Numbered from the stretch's first letter, positions 43,612-58,203 are shown. The stretch is 64,000 bases of DNA from Octopus vulgaris (GCA_951406725.2 OX597830.1:6138001-6202000); one strand, 5' to 3'. Made by a program: numbers and translations. Notes: generated from the sequence alone by a model not told the origin.

Positions 43612-44325
43612 TTACACACGCAGTTACACTTTAACATGATAATGTATACTGCTGTAAAATGCCTTCCATCTATATTCCTCCGTGTTTTTATCCCATGCTG
43701 TTTCAAAAGGAAATCACATATTGCCGAGGGAAGTTACCACATATCTTATAAAAGGTTATGACATATTTTGCAGCCTGGTTATCTCATACTCTTGCAAGCC
43801 GCTATCAAAAGTTGTTGGAAGAAGGTTATTAGATCAATGCAAGAAGGTTATTATATAATATCAATGAGATATTCTAATTGTGAACGTCCAGAGAAAGATG
43901 CGGGCAATTTGATGGAGTGCGATTTGAACCATAGCAGGATAATTGCGTGTGGAACCCGTTTGGTCATATTTCTGTAGCACTAAAAATCACCTAAATATAG
44001 CAAAAACCCGGTTTAAACGTTGGTTATTCGGTTAATTTCTCCAGTCATGCTTTATTTAGTACCGAGAAGTGATCAAAAAGTAAAATAGAAATAGTGTTAA
44101 TCTAAGAGGTGCAGAATAATTGCACATACTAGGCTTGGTGGTAGACAAGGAATAAGAGAATGCTACACACATGCGCAGTAAGAAAAATTCTTATTGAGCG
44201 GATGGAATAGATTGAGTAAATGTCTCAATAGTCATGAGGTTTAAATGAAATTTCTTTTATTAAATTTTATCTTAAAAGGTGACAATTATTTTTCTTTTAA
44301 AAATTAGAATACATTTCTTCATGAA

Positions 44326-44573
44326 AGGCGCACGATTCAATGGTTAGAGCGTCGATCTCTCAATCATGAGGCAGTAAGTTTGGTTCCCGGACCAGGCTGC
44401 GTGTTGTGGTCTAGTGCAAGACACTTTATTCTATGTTGCTCCATTTCACTCAGCTGTAGAAATGAGTCACAACGTCACATGTGTCAAGATGAATCGAACT
44501 CCACCTTTTCCTAGGTTAACATCAGTAGCGTGGAGAGGGGAAATATATATATATATATATACATCTCCTCTCC

Positions 44574-44615
<42 letters not shown>

Positions 44616-45090
44616 AAAGCCCCCTCCCCAAAAAAAAACAAAAGACGAAGACAGGTGGTGTACAAAACAAACAGATGTATTAGTATAACGCTCAGGAATA
44701 GAAAAACTCTTTTACGTTTCGAGCCTATATATATATGCGAATAAGGGGTCCAACTTAGGTCATATATCAGCGTGTGTGTATAAAATATTTTTTTCCGTAA
44801 TGAGATAAAAAACCAAGGCTGTGTAGATTTTAGAACATTTATAAACATAAGGTTTAACAGCTGTTTCTAGGATATTTGTTATATACCTTCACTCAGCTGT
44901 AGAAATGAGTTGCGACGTCATTGGTGCCAAATTACATCAGCCTTTGCCTTTCTCTTGGATAACATTGGGGACGTGGAGAGGGGAGGCTAGTATGCATGGG
45001 CGACTGCTGGTCTTCCATAAACAAATCTGCCTGGACTTGTACGTCGTAAGGCAACATTCTATGTTCTGTTCCCTGATCATTCATAACTGA
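44326..45090 (+). mobile_element. Second CORE-like tRNA SINE family: two partial copies separated by PLE-like fragments
   Basis: Head GGCGCACG..CAATGGTTAGAGCG...GTTTGGTTCCCGG and GCAAGACACTTTATT; CACTCAGCTGTAGAAATGAGT occurs at ~44447 and ~44890. Confidence 0.7.
44612..44890 (-). mobile_element. Two abutting PLE-like terminal fragments, each with a hammerhead 3' half
   Basis: Minus strand: GGCTC-GAAACGT-A...TTCCTGAGCG (family of 55971) and GAAGG...CCTA-GAAAC-AGCT-GTT (palindrome ACAGCTGT); each ends in TA repeats. Confidence 0.6.
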
Positions 45091-45499
45091 AGTGAGGGTG
45101 TCTTTATACATGTCATCATTTTGTGTGCGCACTAAACAATGTGACAAAGCATAAATCACATTTATTGCATGTATACCATATTATTCATGGTGGCAAAAGT
45201 ATATTTTCAAAGTTATCCATTATAAAATGACTTTACTGTAGTCATTTTATCTTTTTTAATGCACTTAGCAGATACAAAATAAGAGATCTGGGGTGGGGGG
45301 TATCTAGTGGGCAGAAAAGTAAAATTGTAAAGTAGAAAAGAAAAAAAAAACTGACGTAGAAACAATGCCAATAATGGTAGTTTTGGCAGTCGTATTGTTG
45401 CTGATGACAATATTCTTGTTTCCAACGTTCTTATTCTCATTATTGATGTTCTTGTTGTTGCTGGCCTTTTTTTCTTTATTCTTCCTCGTCGACGTTATT

Positions 45500-46100
45500 A
45501 TGGAGATGTGTAGATGAATGGCTTTTTAAGCTGCCTCGTTGAATATTAAATCGCAGTTTCCTCTTCCTCTCATTCTGAAACCAACATGTAGCAGGAACCG
45601 CAGTAGCAGCAACAGCAACAACAACAATAACAACAACCAACAACGCCAAAGAAAGATACAACAATATTAACCTGCTAAAGACTACCAGTGCCACTCCTGC
45701 CAGACGTGTTACAAACGGTAGCAAGAAAGTTGTTGTCGTCAATTCTAATTATTCAACTTCTGCCCATTCGAATGTTGGGGGTTAATACTGTCGGTGTCGC
45801 ACCACCGGTCATTCTTTCGTTTTCATTGCCATCATAGATTCTGCTGTTGCTGCTGCTGCTGCTGCCGCTGCTTTCTTGCTACCGTTTCTAACACGTCTGG
45901 CAGGAGTGGCACTGGTGGTCTTTAGCAGGTTAATATTGTTGTATCTTTCTTTGGCGTTGTTGGTTGTTGTTATTGTTGTTGTTACTGTTACTGCTACTGC
46001 GGCTCCTGCTACATGTTGGTTTCAGAATGAGAGGAAGAGGAAACTGCGATTTAATATTCAACGAGGCAGCTTAAACAGCCATTCATCTACACATCTCCAT
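45500..46100. repeat. 230-bp inverted repeat with ~140-bp spacer
   Basis: 45500-45729 is the reverse complement of 45871-46100 with about 6 substitutions; the mirrored ORFs in the track confirm it. Confidence 0.95.
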
Positions 46101-46264
46101 GATTGAGCTTTGTTTCAAAAGATTGATTATTTTCATTTAAAAATACCAACTTTCACACCAAAGGGTCAAAACAAAACGAAACTGACCAGATTCACAGAAT
46201 ATTGATGAGTTTACAACAAAAGAGTGAAGATTTTTTTTATTGCAGTCTTTTTTAAAAAAAATAT

Positions 46265-46421
46265 GCTAGTGGTTGTGTGGTAAGTAGCTTACTTACAAAC
46301 CACATTGTTCTGGGTTCAGTCCCACAGCGTGGTATCTTGTGAAAGTGTCTTTTACCTTAGCCTCGGGCCGACCAAAGCCTTGTGAGTGCATTTGGTAGAC
46401 GAAAACTGTAAGAAGCTCGTC

Positions 46422-46463
<42 letters not shown>

Positions 46464-46645
46464 TTGTCTGTGTTCTGTGTTTGTCCCTCCACCATCGCTT
46501 GACAACCAATATTACTGTGTTTATGTCCCCGTAACTGAGCGGTCTGGCAAAATATACTGATAGAATAAGTGCTGGGCTTACAAAAAATATGTCCTGGAGT
46601 CGGTGCTCCACGATGGCCGCAATCAAATGAGTGAAATAAAGAATT
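46265..46645 (+). mobile_element. CORE-like tRNA SINE (major family)
   Basis: Family sequence with internal (TA)n. Confidence 0.85.
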
Positions 46646-46779
46646 TAAAATAGCAGAAAGAAAATAAGCGATGCGGAGGTCATTTAGCCGCTTTAAAAGC
46701 AACGACAATAACATCAATAACAAAAATATAAGATGCTATCAAATTTGTTTTGTCTTGGTATAAAAGATGGGGTCCAGGA

Positions 46780-47195
46780 AATTTTCTGCTCAATAACACA
46801 GGTTTGTTTGTCAGTTGTTTGATCTTAACAAGTTGAGCATGTCCCTTAGTGGCTGACGATATGATCAAAAGCAAAAGTAGTGGTAGAATATCATAGTTAT
46901 GTATTGAGAGGAATTCTTTCGGGTTTGAGTAATTCACGTTTGGGAACATGGTAGTTTCGTTCAACTTCCTTAAACAACCCTTATTCAAGGACCTTTTTGA
47001 GCGGGATGAGCTACTCGACCTGAAGCAAATTCCAACCGGGCCCCACCTGCAAGGTTATGATCACCATATTACACACATATGGTTGTGATGCATGCATCTG
47101 GTGTACCCTTATGAGACGGGTAGTCATGAAGGGTACACTGGACTCCGTATATCTGTACCCCAATGTCACTAAGATGGCATGTGCTGTTCTTTCAT
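46780..47195 (+). repeat. Interspersed repeat, same family as 41108-41322 and 30940-31090
   Basis: Shared CCTTAGTGGCTGAC.ATAT, TTGAGAGGAATTC and GGTGTACCCTTAT.AGACGGGTAGTCAT blocks. Confidence 0.7.
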
Positions 47196-47199
47196 CTTA

Positions 47200-47846
47200 A
47201 GTTATAAGGGAAATGCCTAACAACCTCAAATAAAGTTTTAAATGCTCAACTAGGTATCAGGGTGATACAGAAAAGACCAACCATGTCGACAGACCTCCGA
47301 GGTGGAAAGTAGCAATAGAGAAAGAGATCAAATTTCTGCCGGCGGATCTATCTGTTCTCGATGAACTTGCTAGAGGAGTAAATGTTAAGACGAAACAAGC
47401 TTGAAAAATCAAGCAAAAATATAGAATTAAAGATTTTATAAACCTCCCTGCTACCGAGAAAAAATTGAAAAAACGAATACAACTGACAAACTAAGTAAAT
47501 ATAAGGATCTAGAACTTGAAATAAAAATGATGTGGCATCTAGAACTGTTCCTGTTATTGTAGGTGCCCTAGGTAGGACAAGAGAGGGATGTCAGAAACAA
47601 CTAGGTAAGATCACAGGAGTACCATGCCTCAGAGAAAGCCAAAAGTTTGTACTGACAACTAATGCTCACATCCTTAGAAAAAAACCTATCAATTAAAATG
47701 TCTGTGTTGTATTACATGAACACATTTTGGTACAGTCCCTACCACTTCTCCTCCCCAAGCTTTCAGTCATACTGTAATATCTCTTATTCTTCACTAGGAC
47801 GCTGGGTGTCTCTTGGCAAGTGACTGTAACAAACATGCACATTAAA

Positions 47847-47850
<4 letters not shown>
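47200..47850 (+). mobile_element. R4/Dong-clade LINE, internally deleted (N-terminal piece fused to RLE C-terminus), ending in (AAT)n
   Basis: PRWKVAIEKEIKFL.ADLSVLDEL..G, then DKLSKYKDLELEIKMMWHL / TVPVIVGALG...QK..L...AHILRK. The 3' UTR runs into (AAT)n at 47851, the known target repeat of Dong/R4 elements. Confidence 0.85.
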
Positions 47851-47877
<27 letters not shown>

Positions 47878-47887
47878 TAATAATAAT

Positions 47888-47991
<104 letters not shown>

Positions 47992-48674
47992 GTATGCAGT
48001 TTGTAACTGCGAGAATTTCGGTACATTTGTTGAATGTGAGGGATGATATAGACGAATGGATAAAGGATATTGGAATTGAATATCCTGTAGTATTTCTACA
48101 AAACGTGAAATATCACCAGAAGGGATTTAAGCAGTTGAAGTTTGATTGAAATCATGTTGGTATCTAAAGTTACAGGTCGTAACCCGCGATACCATAAATT
48201 CTACCAGGAACAGCATCACTCCTGAGTCAAGTTGAATAATAATAATGATCATTATGATGATGATATGGTATGTTACACCACTGAATATCTTTAAGCAACT
48301 TAAATATATAGACACAAATGTGTTTTGTGCTATACTTCTGTTGCTGGTACCTATTTACAGTTAGGTAGACTGAGCTAAAAGCTTTCTCTTAATCACAGCG
48401 GAGCGTAACTGACATGATATTATCATCTGAACTTTGAACCACTATTGCTGCGTTTATCGACTCTCCTGACAGATACACAACATTTACAAGATAACCACTT
48501 TATTATTTTTAAAAATATATTCAATCTATAAATATAAACGCAAATATACAAAAAATTAGTAAAGAAAGATCAGGTTAAAATATTTTCTTGACTTCATCTA
48601 TAATTTTGAAGAACCCCAAAATGTATCCACAAAAATGTTAAAGAATTAAAAATATTAAACGAAATCAACCCCAG

Positions 48675-49700
<1,026 letters not shown>

Positions 49701-50270
49701 TATCATTATTATTAGTATTTCTATTTGTTTATTCGTTTGTATGTTTGCTTTTTGGTTGAGAAAGCTCTTTTGATAAATTTGCCTCCGGCTTTACAGGGAA
49801 GATCGTATTTTGATATAGCTTTACATTGACTCGTTTTTCGTTTTGTATTCAAGTGGGAAAACGAGATATCTGAACTATTGGGTTAAATAAATACTGGGTT
49901 CGTTTTTATTTATATTTTCATTTTATTTTTTATTTTTTATTCTATTTAAAAAAAAATGCACCTTGTCTTCTGATTGAGATTAGTTTCCGATAATATTTGA
50001 GTGTTAATAAATAAAATTATCGATTTATCGATGAGAGATTGTGAGCTGAAAATACATCTTCAGACGTTTTTAAGACACTTGTGATTTTTCAATGACAATC
50101 ACGAAACAACACTTCTCCATTAATAACCACAGAGTCTACAGACTGGTATACACGCAGTCATACGCCCACACACACGTGCGCACGCACACGCATACCGCAT
50201 ATGTGTATGAAACTGAACAGACATATATTTGTTTATACATATATATATATGCAAATACATAAGTATACAA

Positions 50271-50332
<62 letters not shown>

Positions 50333-50597
50333 TAAATATATATATATATATATATATATAAATTTATATATGAGGATAATATCGATATTTAAGTGTCGAA
50401 ATTATCAAGTGGCCAGCATGAAAGAAATACCTTACAAAGTTAAAAATATTTTTAACAATTAAAAATGAGGGTGTCTAAAAGACACCAACATGCCGAAATA
50501 GCAGTCGAAACACTGACTATAGTACCACGTTAAATGTTCATATCGCACCATGAGGTAAAGCGGAGGGACAAAACATACAAGCAAAAATTATTGAATA

Positions 50598-50657
50598 ATT
50601 CAAGATCCAAGGATTTCTGGTTCTGCTTTAGATAAGCTTTACCGTCATCAATTGAAT
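50598..50657 (-). ncRNA. Type I hammerhead ribozyme, inverted unit
   Basis: Exact reverse complement of 51256-51315. Confidence 0.75.
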
Positions 50658-51255
50658 ATATCAAGGGTACATAAATACAGATATATATATGCACAGCAAA
50701 CGATATACTTACATATACGAGCGTCGTACATACATACATATGCACGTATGGACACAGCCAGTTTGAATCGCCCGCCAAATCACCGCATAAGTACGACATG
50801 GTTAAAATAAGCACCGCAGTGAATATAATAACGAATTATATAAATTTTATATATATATGTTTTGTCCTCGCTATATATATTGGTGCGATATGAACATTTA
50901 ACGTGGTACTATAGTCAGTGTTTCGACTGCTATTTCGGCATGCTGGTGTCTTTTAGACACCCTCATTTTTAATTGTTAAAAATTTTTTTACCTTTGTAAG
51001 GTATTTCTTACATGCTTGCAACTTGATAACTTCGACACTTAAATATCGATATTATCCTCATATATAAATTTATATAATTCGTTATTATATTCACTGCGGT
51101 GCTTATTTTAACCATGTCGTACTTATGCAGTGATTTGGCGGGCGATTCAAACTGGCTGTGTCCATACGTGCATATGTATGTATGTACGACGCTCGTATAT
51201 GTAAGTATATCGTTTGCTGTGCATATATATATCTGTATTTATGTACCCTTGATAT

Positions 51256-51315
51256 ATTCAATTGATGACGGTAAAGCTTATCTAAAGCAGAACCAGAAAT
51301 CCTTGGATCTTGAAT
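51256..51315 (+). ncRNA. Type I hammerhead ribozyme, unit 1
   Basis: Stem I ATTCAA/TTGAAT; core TTGATGA 51262-51268 (C3 to U); stem II (C)GGT..GCTT/AAGC..ACC(A); GAAA 51296-51299; stem III ATCC-TT-GGAT; ATC site ending 51309. Confidence 0.75.
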
Positions 51316-51740
51316 TATTCAATAATTTTTGCTTGTATGTTTTGTCCCTCCGCTTTACCTCATGGTGCGATATGAACATTTAACGTGGTACTATAGTCAG
51401 TGTTTCGACTGCTATTTCGGCATGTTGGTGTCTTTTAGACACCCTCATTTTTAATTGTTAAAAAAAATTTGTTTACCTTTGTAAGGTATTTCTTTCATGC
51501 TGGTCACTTGATAATTTCGACACTTAAATATCGATATTATCCTCATATATAAATTTATATAATTCGTTATTATATTCACAGCGGTGCTTATTTTAACCAT
51601 GTCGTACTTATGCAGTGATTTGGCGGGCGATTCAAACTGGCTGTGTCCATACGTGCATATGTATGTATGTACGACGCTCGTATATGTAAGTATATCGTTT
51701 GCTGTGCATATATATATCTGTATTTATGTACCCTTGATAT

Positions 51741-51800
51741 ATTCAATTGATGACGGTAAAGCTTATCTAAAGCAGAACCAGAAATCCTTGGATCTTGAAT
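51741..51800 (+). ncRNA. Type I hammerhead ribozyme, unit 2
   Basis: Identical to 51256-51315; predicted cleavage after 51794. Confidence 0.75.
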
Positions 51801-51933
51801 TATTCAATAATTTTTGCTTGTATGTTTTGTCCCTCCGCTTTACCTCATGGTGCGATATGAACATTTAACGTGGTACTATAGTCAGTGTTTCGACTGCTAT
51901 TTCGGCATGTTGGTGTCTTTTAGACACCCTCAT

Positions 51934-52038
<105 letters not shown>

Positions 52039-52054
52039 TTGATATAGATATATT

Positions 52055-52465
52055 TAGGCGCAGGAGTGGGTGTGTGGTAAATAGCTTGTTTACCAACCAT
52101 ATGGTTCTGGGTTCAGTCCCTCTGCGTGGCACCTTGGGCAAGTGTCTCCTACTATAGCCTCGGGCCGACCAAAGCCTTGTGAGTGGATTTGGTAGACAGA
52201 AACTGGAAGAAGCCCCTCGTATATATGTATATATATATATGTATGTTTGTCTATGTGTGCATATGTTTGTGTGTCCATGTTTGTCCCACCACCATTGCTT
52301 GACAACCAATGCTGGTGTCATTACGTTTTCGTAACTTTGCGGTTCGGCAAAAGAGATCGATAAAATAAGTACTGGGCTTACACAGAATAAGGTCTGGGTT
52401 CGATTTGCTCGATGAAAGGCGGTGCTCCGGCATGGCCGCATTCAAATGACTGGAAAAAGGAAAAG
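52055..52465 (+). mobile_element. CORE-like tRNA SINE (major family), full length
   Basis: AGGCGCAGGAGTGG...GGGTTCAGTCCC...ACCTTGGGCAAGTGTC...GGCCGCATTCAAATGACTG. Confidence 0.9.
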
Positions 52466-53516
52466 AAAAGAAAGAAAAGAAATATATATATGTATATATA
52501 TGAATAATAAAAATGGGAGAATAACGTGACAGGTGACAACAAAACATCTAGACAGTTGGATAATAACAAAAAGAGACATGAAAAAGCAAGGATGGGTCAT
52601 TCGGAATTTCCTTTCGTCCGTCGAGTTACATATTATCTCTACAGTTTCGATTGCTATATATATATACATACATAAACAGATATACACATATATGTACACA
52701 CATATATACATATCTATTTTTATATATATGTGTGCATGTGTGTGAGATAGAGAGAGAAAGAGAGAGAGAGAATATTATCCCTTGATATGTAGGTATGTGG
52801 AGATGCTATATAGATACGCTATGTGCTGGATCGTTCATGTCCCGTAATGTTGGCAAAATAGACAATTGTAAAATAAGTGCCACACTAAATATAGGTGAGT
52901 AACACCACAATACTCGTTGCTTATGATGGCTTTAAACTCACTGCTCAAACTAGTAGAAACCAAAAGAATATGCTCATGTATTTTATACGCTCACATATTT
53001 ATACACCACATTCACGTTTAACATCAGAGTTTTTTCCATAAGGAGGAGACCATTTTTGTATGACTGAAACAGATGCTCCTTAGCTGGAGTATGGATCAGA
53101 ACAAACATAATTGCTACGTTTCGAATTTAATGAATGCCTTGAAAATTATCATTGTTCAACTTAAACATGTTACGTCAAATGTGCATATATCTAGGTCTCC
53201 TTCTTTGTCTGAAATCCCTAACTTTTAGAGATTGTCTTTCAGGTATTTAAGAACATAACTTAATGTGCACTACATATTACTGATAAAATTGATTTGGGTT
53301 TATAATCAGAACGAAGAAGCTGCAGGTTTTGCAGTAGTTCTGCTTATTCTATTTTATTCTAATTTTCAGGGTGTTCACATTTGCAGGGCAGTAAATGTAT
53401 GCGTGCGTGTGTGCGTGTGAGAGAGAGAGAGAGAATGTGTGTGTGTGTGTGCGTGCATTTATCTCTGTGTGTGAATGTGCATATATATATATACATCTAT
53501 TTATTTATCTATCTAT

Positions 53517-54010
53517 CTACCTGGCATGGCAGTGCTACCGAGAAGCGCTACCCGTTCGGGATAAGCTCTATAAACACGGCTCGAGAAACACGAGGCTGAC
53601 CTGCCCGAGAAGCGGTCAGAGCGACGAAACCGTTCTGCACGCACTCGTCCAGTATCCAATCATTTCCGACCTGAGGGCTTATGTCGAACAACTGCTGTCA
53701 CGTGTGGGACGAATCGGTTTATCAGCCGAGTCTATCGTCAATATCGTCAGGCCTCCTCCAGGAAGAGCAATTTTCATCATCCTTGTGGCTATGGCGAAAG
53801 AATGTATCTGGTGGACGCGTCTGAAAGGATTATAGACAAACATGTTCCTCTCTGGTCAATCTCTCATCAACTTCTTCAAGTATCACTTGAAAAGGAAAGT
53901 GAGAGCAGAGAGGCAAGTTTTGTGTAGCGAATGTTTCAAAAAATGATGGGTGAATGTAACAAAGATGGCACTATCAATGACGAAGCCACCTTGAGCATAA
54001 TCCTATGAAC
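53517..54010 (+). mobile_element. L1/Tx1-clade LINE 3' fragment (zf-RVT/CCHC region)
   Basis: LAWQCYREALPVRDKL....TCPRSGQSDETVLHALVQYP...AKECIWWTR follows the W...LP, CxxC..ET..H...C, K..IW..R pattern, with two Cys lost. Confidence 0.8.
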
Positions 54011-54325
54011 CCGGAAAAATTTAAAACAGGTTTACTTGCAAATAAATGTGTTAACATGTGACATTAATGACCGAGGTTACCCTGGTCTTTTCCGTAGTCT
54101 TTTCTTTCCATGGATAAACCTTATCTGTTTCACCCTTTACACTTTATATCATGACATTTCTTTACATAATGACATTTCTGTGATACATGATCCCTACTGA
54201 TTATTTTCTTTCTTTTTTTCCTGTTTACGATCCCTTTTGATTGAAAACTTACCCCACATTTTTTCTCCCCAAAAAGAAAAGACTACTTCGTAATTTGTCC
54301 CGTCCGTGTGGCTAATAAAGAAACA

Positions 54326-54362
<37 letters not shown>

Positions 54363-54460
54363 TCAGCAAAATTTAGATTCAAATCAATATAGAACTTAAG
54401 TCATGTGCACCAGCATTTTGTATGGTGTTATCCATATAAATCCATGGGGTGATTATAAGC

Positions 54461-54665
54461 AACAAAAATAACTTTGGTAATTTGGTACGATCGTCTCGCA
54501 CTACATCATTTTATTAAATGTTGTAAGTATTACAACCTCTATTAATGGCTGATGAGTGCTCAGCATTTTAAAACTGTTGTAATACTTACAACATTTAATA
54601 AAATGATGTAGTGCGAAACGATCGGACCAAATTACCGAAGTTATTCTTGTTTCTTATTTTGATTA
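54461..54665. mobile_element. Fold-back PLE-like terminus with a hammerhead (plus strand 54546-54629)
   Basis: Arms ~54461-54536 and 54576-54652. TGG-CTGATGA(54549-54555)-GTGCT...AGTGC-GAAAC(54615-54619)-GATC-GGA-CCA; the other arm has GTA at the cleavage triplet. Ends in (TA)n. Confidence 0.75.
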
Positions 54666-54944
54666 TATATATATATATATATTTGTAGTGTACTGTTCCA
54701 TGATGCTGAGATCAACAAAAAAAGTACTCCAACTGGTGAGAGATAAATATTTTTTAATAAGCACAATATATAAATTTGTATGAGCTTATAATATTTTCAT
54801 GCTATGAAAACATCTCAGGCAGTATTTTTAAAACATGTCTGGTGACAATGTTCCATATATTTTATACAGTTATGGTATATTCTGTTATGAACATGGTAGA
54901 GTACATTATAAAGCTGGTCCACCTTCAGGTTTTACCCAGTGTTA

Positions 54945-55150
54945 TCCAGTTGGAGATGAAGAATAAGAAAACAGAGGCGTTAAAAGGCATCACGTCGCAA
55001 GCGTTCCAGTGTTGCTTCGAAGAGTGTAAAACGCGTCTGGACCGATGCATTGCTTCAAATGGAGGAAACGTTGAAAGCGATAAAAGTGTAAACGTGTAAA
55101 ACTAATTGAAAAAAAATAATACTGCAAAATTCCGGTTTCATTTTGATACA
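54945..55150 (+). mobile_element. Mariner transposase C-terminal remnant
   Basis: KTEALKGITSQAFQCCFEECKTRLDRCIASNGGNVESD resembles the mariner C-terminus (F..W..RW.KCI...G.YFEGD). Confidence 0.75.
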
Positions 55151-55807
55151 TTCACACATACAAATACACGTACATATTGCGTATACACATGCAAGTATTG
55201 CACTCTGACATTTAAGCTTCATTCATCTCATCAGGAAAAGAAATGGAGGAGGTTAATAAGAGAGGACAAAGCACAAAGACTGAGACCACCAAAAGAAAAT
55301 AAAGGAGATAAAAATGGACACAAATATATTACGTATATTTACGAAACATTAAGTACACTAAATATTTGTATCTGTTCACCTAACATACAAGGACTGGGAA
55401 ATAGGGAAGTGTTAGGATTAAGACCAGCAGAGCGCGAAGAAGACAGTAGCAGAATATTGAATAAAGAACGTTTATCGGTTGGAGTGAAACAATTGGCTAA
55501 GGAGAAAATTTAGACAAAATTGGAAATAGATTTTTAGACGATAGAAGGATTAGATATAGCGAAGGACAGTTATAGTGAAATCTAGTTTAAAAAAATGAAA
55601 AATGTGAGATGCAGTGGAATAAGATCCATGGCAATTGAGAAATGGTTTGTGCGAAGATGTAGAATGAGATAGACAATACGTACAAAGAAAAGATAGAAGA
55701 GTGAGACAATGAGGAGAGAAAAAGCCAACTGGTAGGGTTGGAAAACGAAAATACACACAAGCTAACATCAATATATGAATACATAAACAAATAAACATAA
55801 AAATATA

Positions 55808-55891
<84 letters not shown>

Positions 55892-55896
<5 letters not shown>

Positions 55897-56086
55897 GTGA
55901 CCGCGTTTGTATCGTTGGCGATTTTTCTCCTCCAACTTCCCTTCCTTGGATCTTTTCTTTTCCTATGTTTCTGACGAAGAGCTCCGCTCGAAACGTTAAA
56001 TCCTCCTTCTTTCTTTCCTTTCCTGAGCGTCAAATAACACTATACTTGTCCCACGTCCTCGCATTTTTGTGTTTTCAAGTTTGGAA

Positions 56087-56090
<4 letters not shown>
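55892..56090 (+). mobile_element. PLE terminal-repeat fragment with minimal hammerhead, flanked by (TA)n on both sides
   Basis: TTT-CTGACGA(55971-55977)-A-GAGC-TCC-GCTC-GAAAC(55990-55994)-GTT-AAA, with palindrome AACGTT. Confidence 0.75.
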
Positions 56091-56149
<59 letters not shown>

Positions 56150-56155
<6 letters not shown>

Positions 56156-56380
56156 AGTGAGGAAAGGGTCTTCCCGATTGATAAGCTCATGAGGTTGGTT
56201 TCCCGGAGTCTGTGGCCTATGCATCCGTCCCACGAGACGAAAAGCCGATCCATCGCAGAGATTAGTCATTTTTTGCCTGCAGTGTGGACTGCACTGTGGA
56301 CTGCACTGTTTCAGGAATCGAAACCATAATCTTGCGATTATGGGTACAGCATAATTACCACTAAGCCACGTCCTTCCACA
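56150..56380 (-). mobile_element. Degenerate tRNA SINE
   Basis: Minus strand GGACGTGGCTTAGTGGTAA (A box) ... GGTTTCGATTCC (B box). Confidence 0.6.
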
Positions 56381-56451
56381 TGTGTATTTATTCATATAAA
56401 CATACACACTCATACGTATGCATATGAACATTTACACATATATAAATATGC

Positions 56452-56511
<60 letters not shown>

Positions 56512-57158
56512 TTATATATGAATATGTAATACACACGTACATTATACATTCATTCATTATTAAATCTTCCTGTTTTGTTGTATATAACTTCTAGTTGGAA
56601 TTTGTTGTCGTCATAACAATATCCGAAAATAATGTAATGAATAGATGAATTCTGATGTATAATAAACTCGCAATAATATATAATTTGTAGAAATAATCAA
56701 CGATTTGTAATCCTGTCACTAATTAAAATGTTATCGAATATATATACTCCAATTACGATTTCTCTTTCAGACGCCCAATCACAATAATATTGCTTTGAAT
56801 GCATAAATACAAATTAATATTTGCGTGTATCAACATATAAAGTTATATTCATACGTAAATACATACATACATACATACATACACACATGCATTATTTATA
56901 TAGATGAAGATGTGGGTGTTTGCACCTGTGTGTGTGTCTATGTGAAAGAGAATGCGTGCTTCTCTATGGAAGATCAACTCCAGCGCAAATATAAACATAG
57001 GAATTATGGCTATAATGACATCCCATAGCGATAAATAACGCGAGTATCAATAATGTCACCAGAAAATTATACAGTAACACAACAGTGACAATAGCGATAA
57101 CAATGGAGACACACAAACGCTCATGTAGCGTTATCATACACACTGAAATTAAATATAC

Positions 57159-57214
<56 letters not shown>

Positions 57215-57298
57215 TTCATATCTATATATTAACATGTATTCATATCAATGTATATATGTATATATATGTATACATATGTATACATATGTGTAGATATA

Positions 57299-57336
<38 letters not shown>

Positions 57337-57486
57337 CATGTTATATTAAGGAAATATAAGCATGCAGAAATTGGTTCGTACAATTATCGTTTGCCACAGA
57401 ACTTAAAATAAAACAGAAACGGCAATTATCTCGGATCCGATGCTAATTACAATGTGAGAAGAATGAATAGCGGGGCCCTACGCACG

Positions 57487-57517
<31 letters not shown>

Positions 57518-57591
57518 GCAACACACACTCTCACACATATGAATATAAGTGTTTATATGTCTATATGTGAATTTATACGTGTGCATACATA

Positions 57592-57670
<79 letters not shown>

Positions 57671-57978
57671 ATATACACATACATAGATGCGAAGCCATGG
57701 TGAATGTTTTCTGCTATTTCAGAAAGGCCAGCAGGGTTTACTTGGCGAATATATGATGAAATTTTTAACGCAAAAATGCACCAAAGAAACGTAGAATTAT
57801 GCAAGTATCTATAATTTACACCTCGGTTTAATACGATATCATTTAGGATGGAGTTTTCGGATTTGAATATTAGGATTAAAAGTGGAGTGTTTTGCAACGG
57901 CGTGTGGAATGTACATAGGGTTGTCAAATTCACAAGAAAATCTTCACTTGCTTACGTATTTAATCGCGTTGAATGAGT

Positions 57979-58016
<38 letters not shown>

Positions 58017-58172
58017 ACACACATACAGACAAACACACAGACGTACAGACACGATGTATGTGTGTGTTTGTGGGCGTGCTGGGCTGTGTATGAGTGTGTG
58101 TGTAAGGAAATTAAGATAACACCTGGTTTGGTGATTGTGTGTATATATATATACAAATACATATATATATAT

Positions 58173-58203
<31 letters not shown>

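Noticed and set aside
48000-48200. Second R4/Dong C-terminal fragment (also ~5700-5860)
   Set aside because: Only faint similarity (DEWIKDIGIEYPVVFLQ); too degraded to annotate.
51099-51383. 94-aa ORF repeated three times
   Set aside because: It has a GTG start and low-complexity TA/TG-derived residues, and it recurs only because the DNA unit is repeated.
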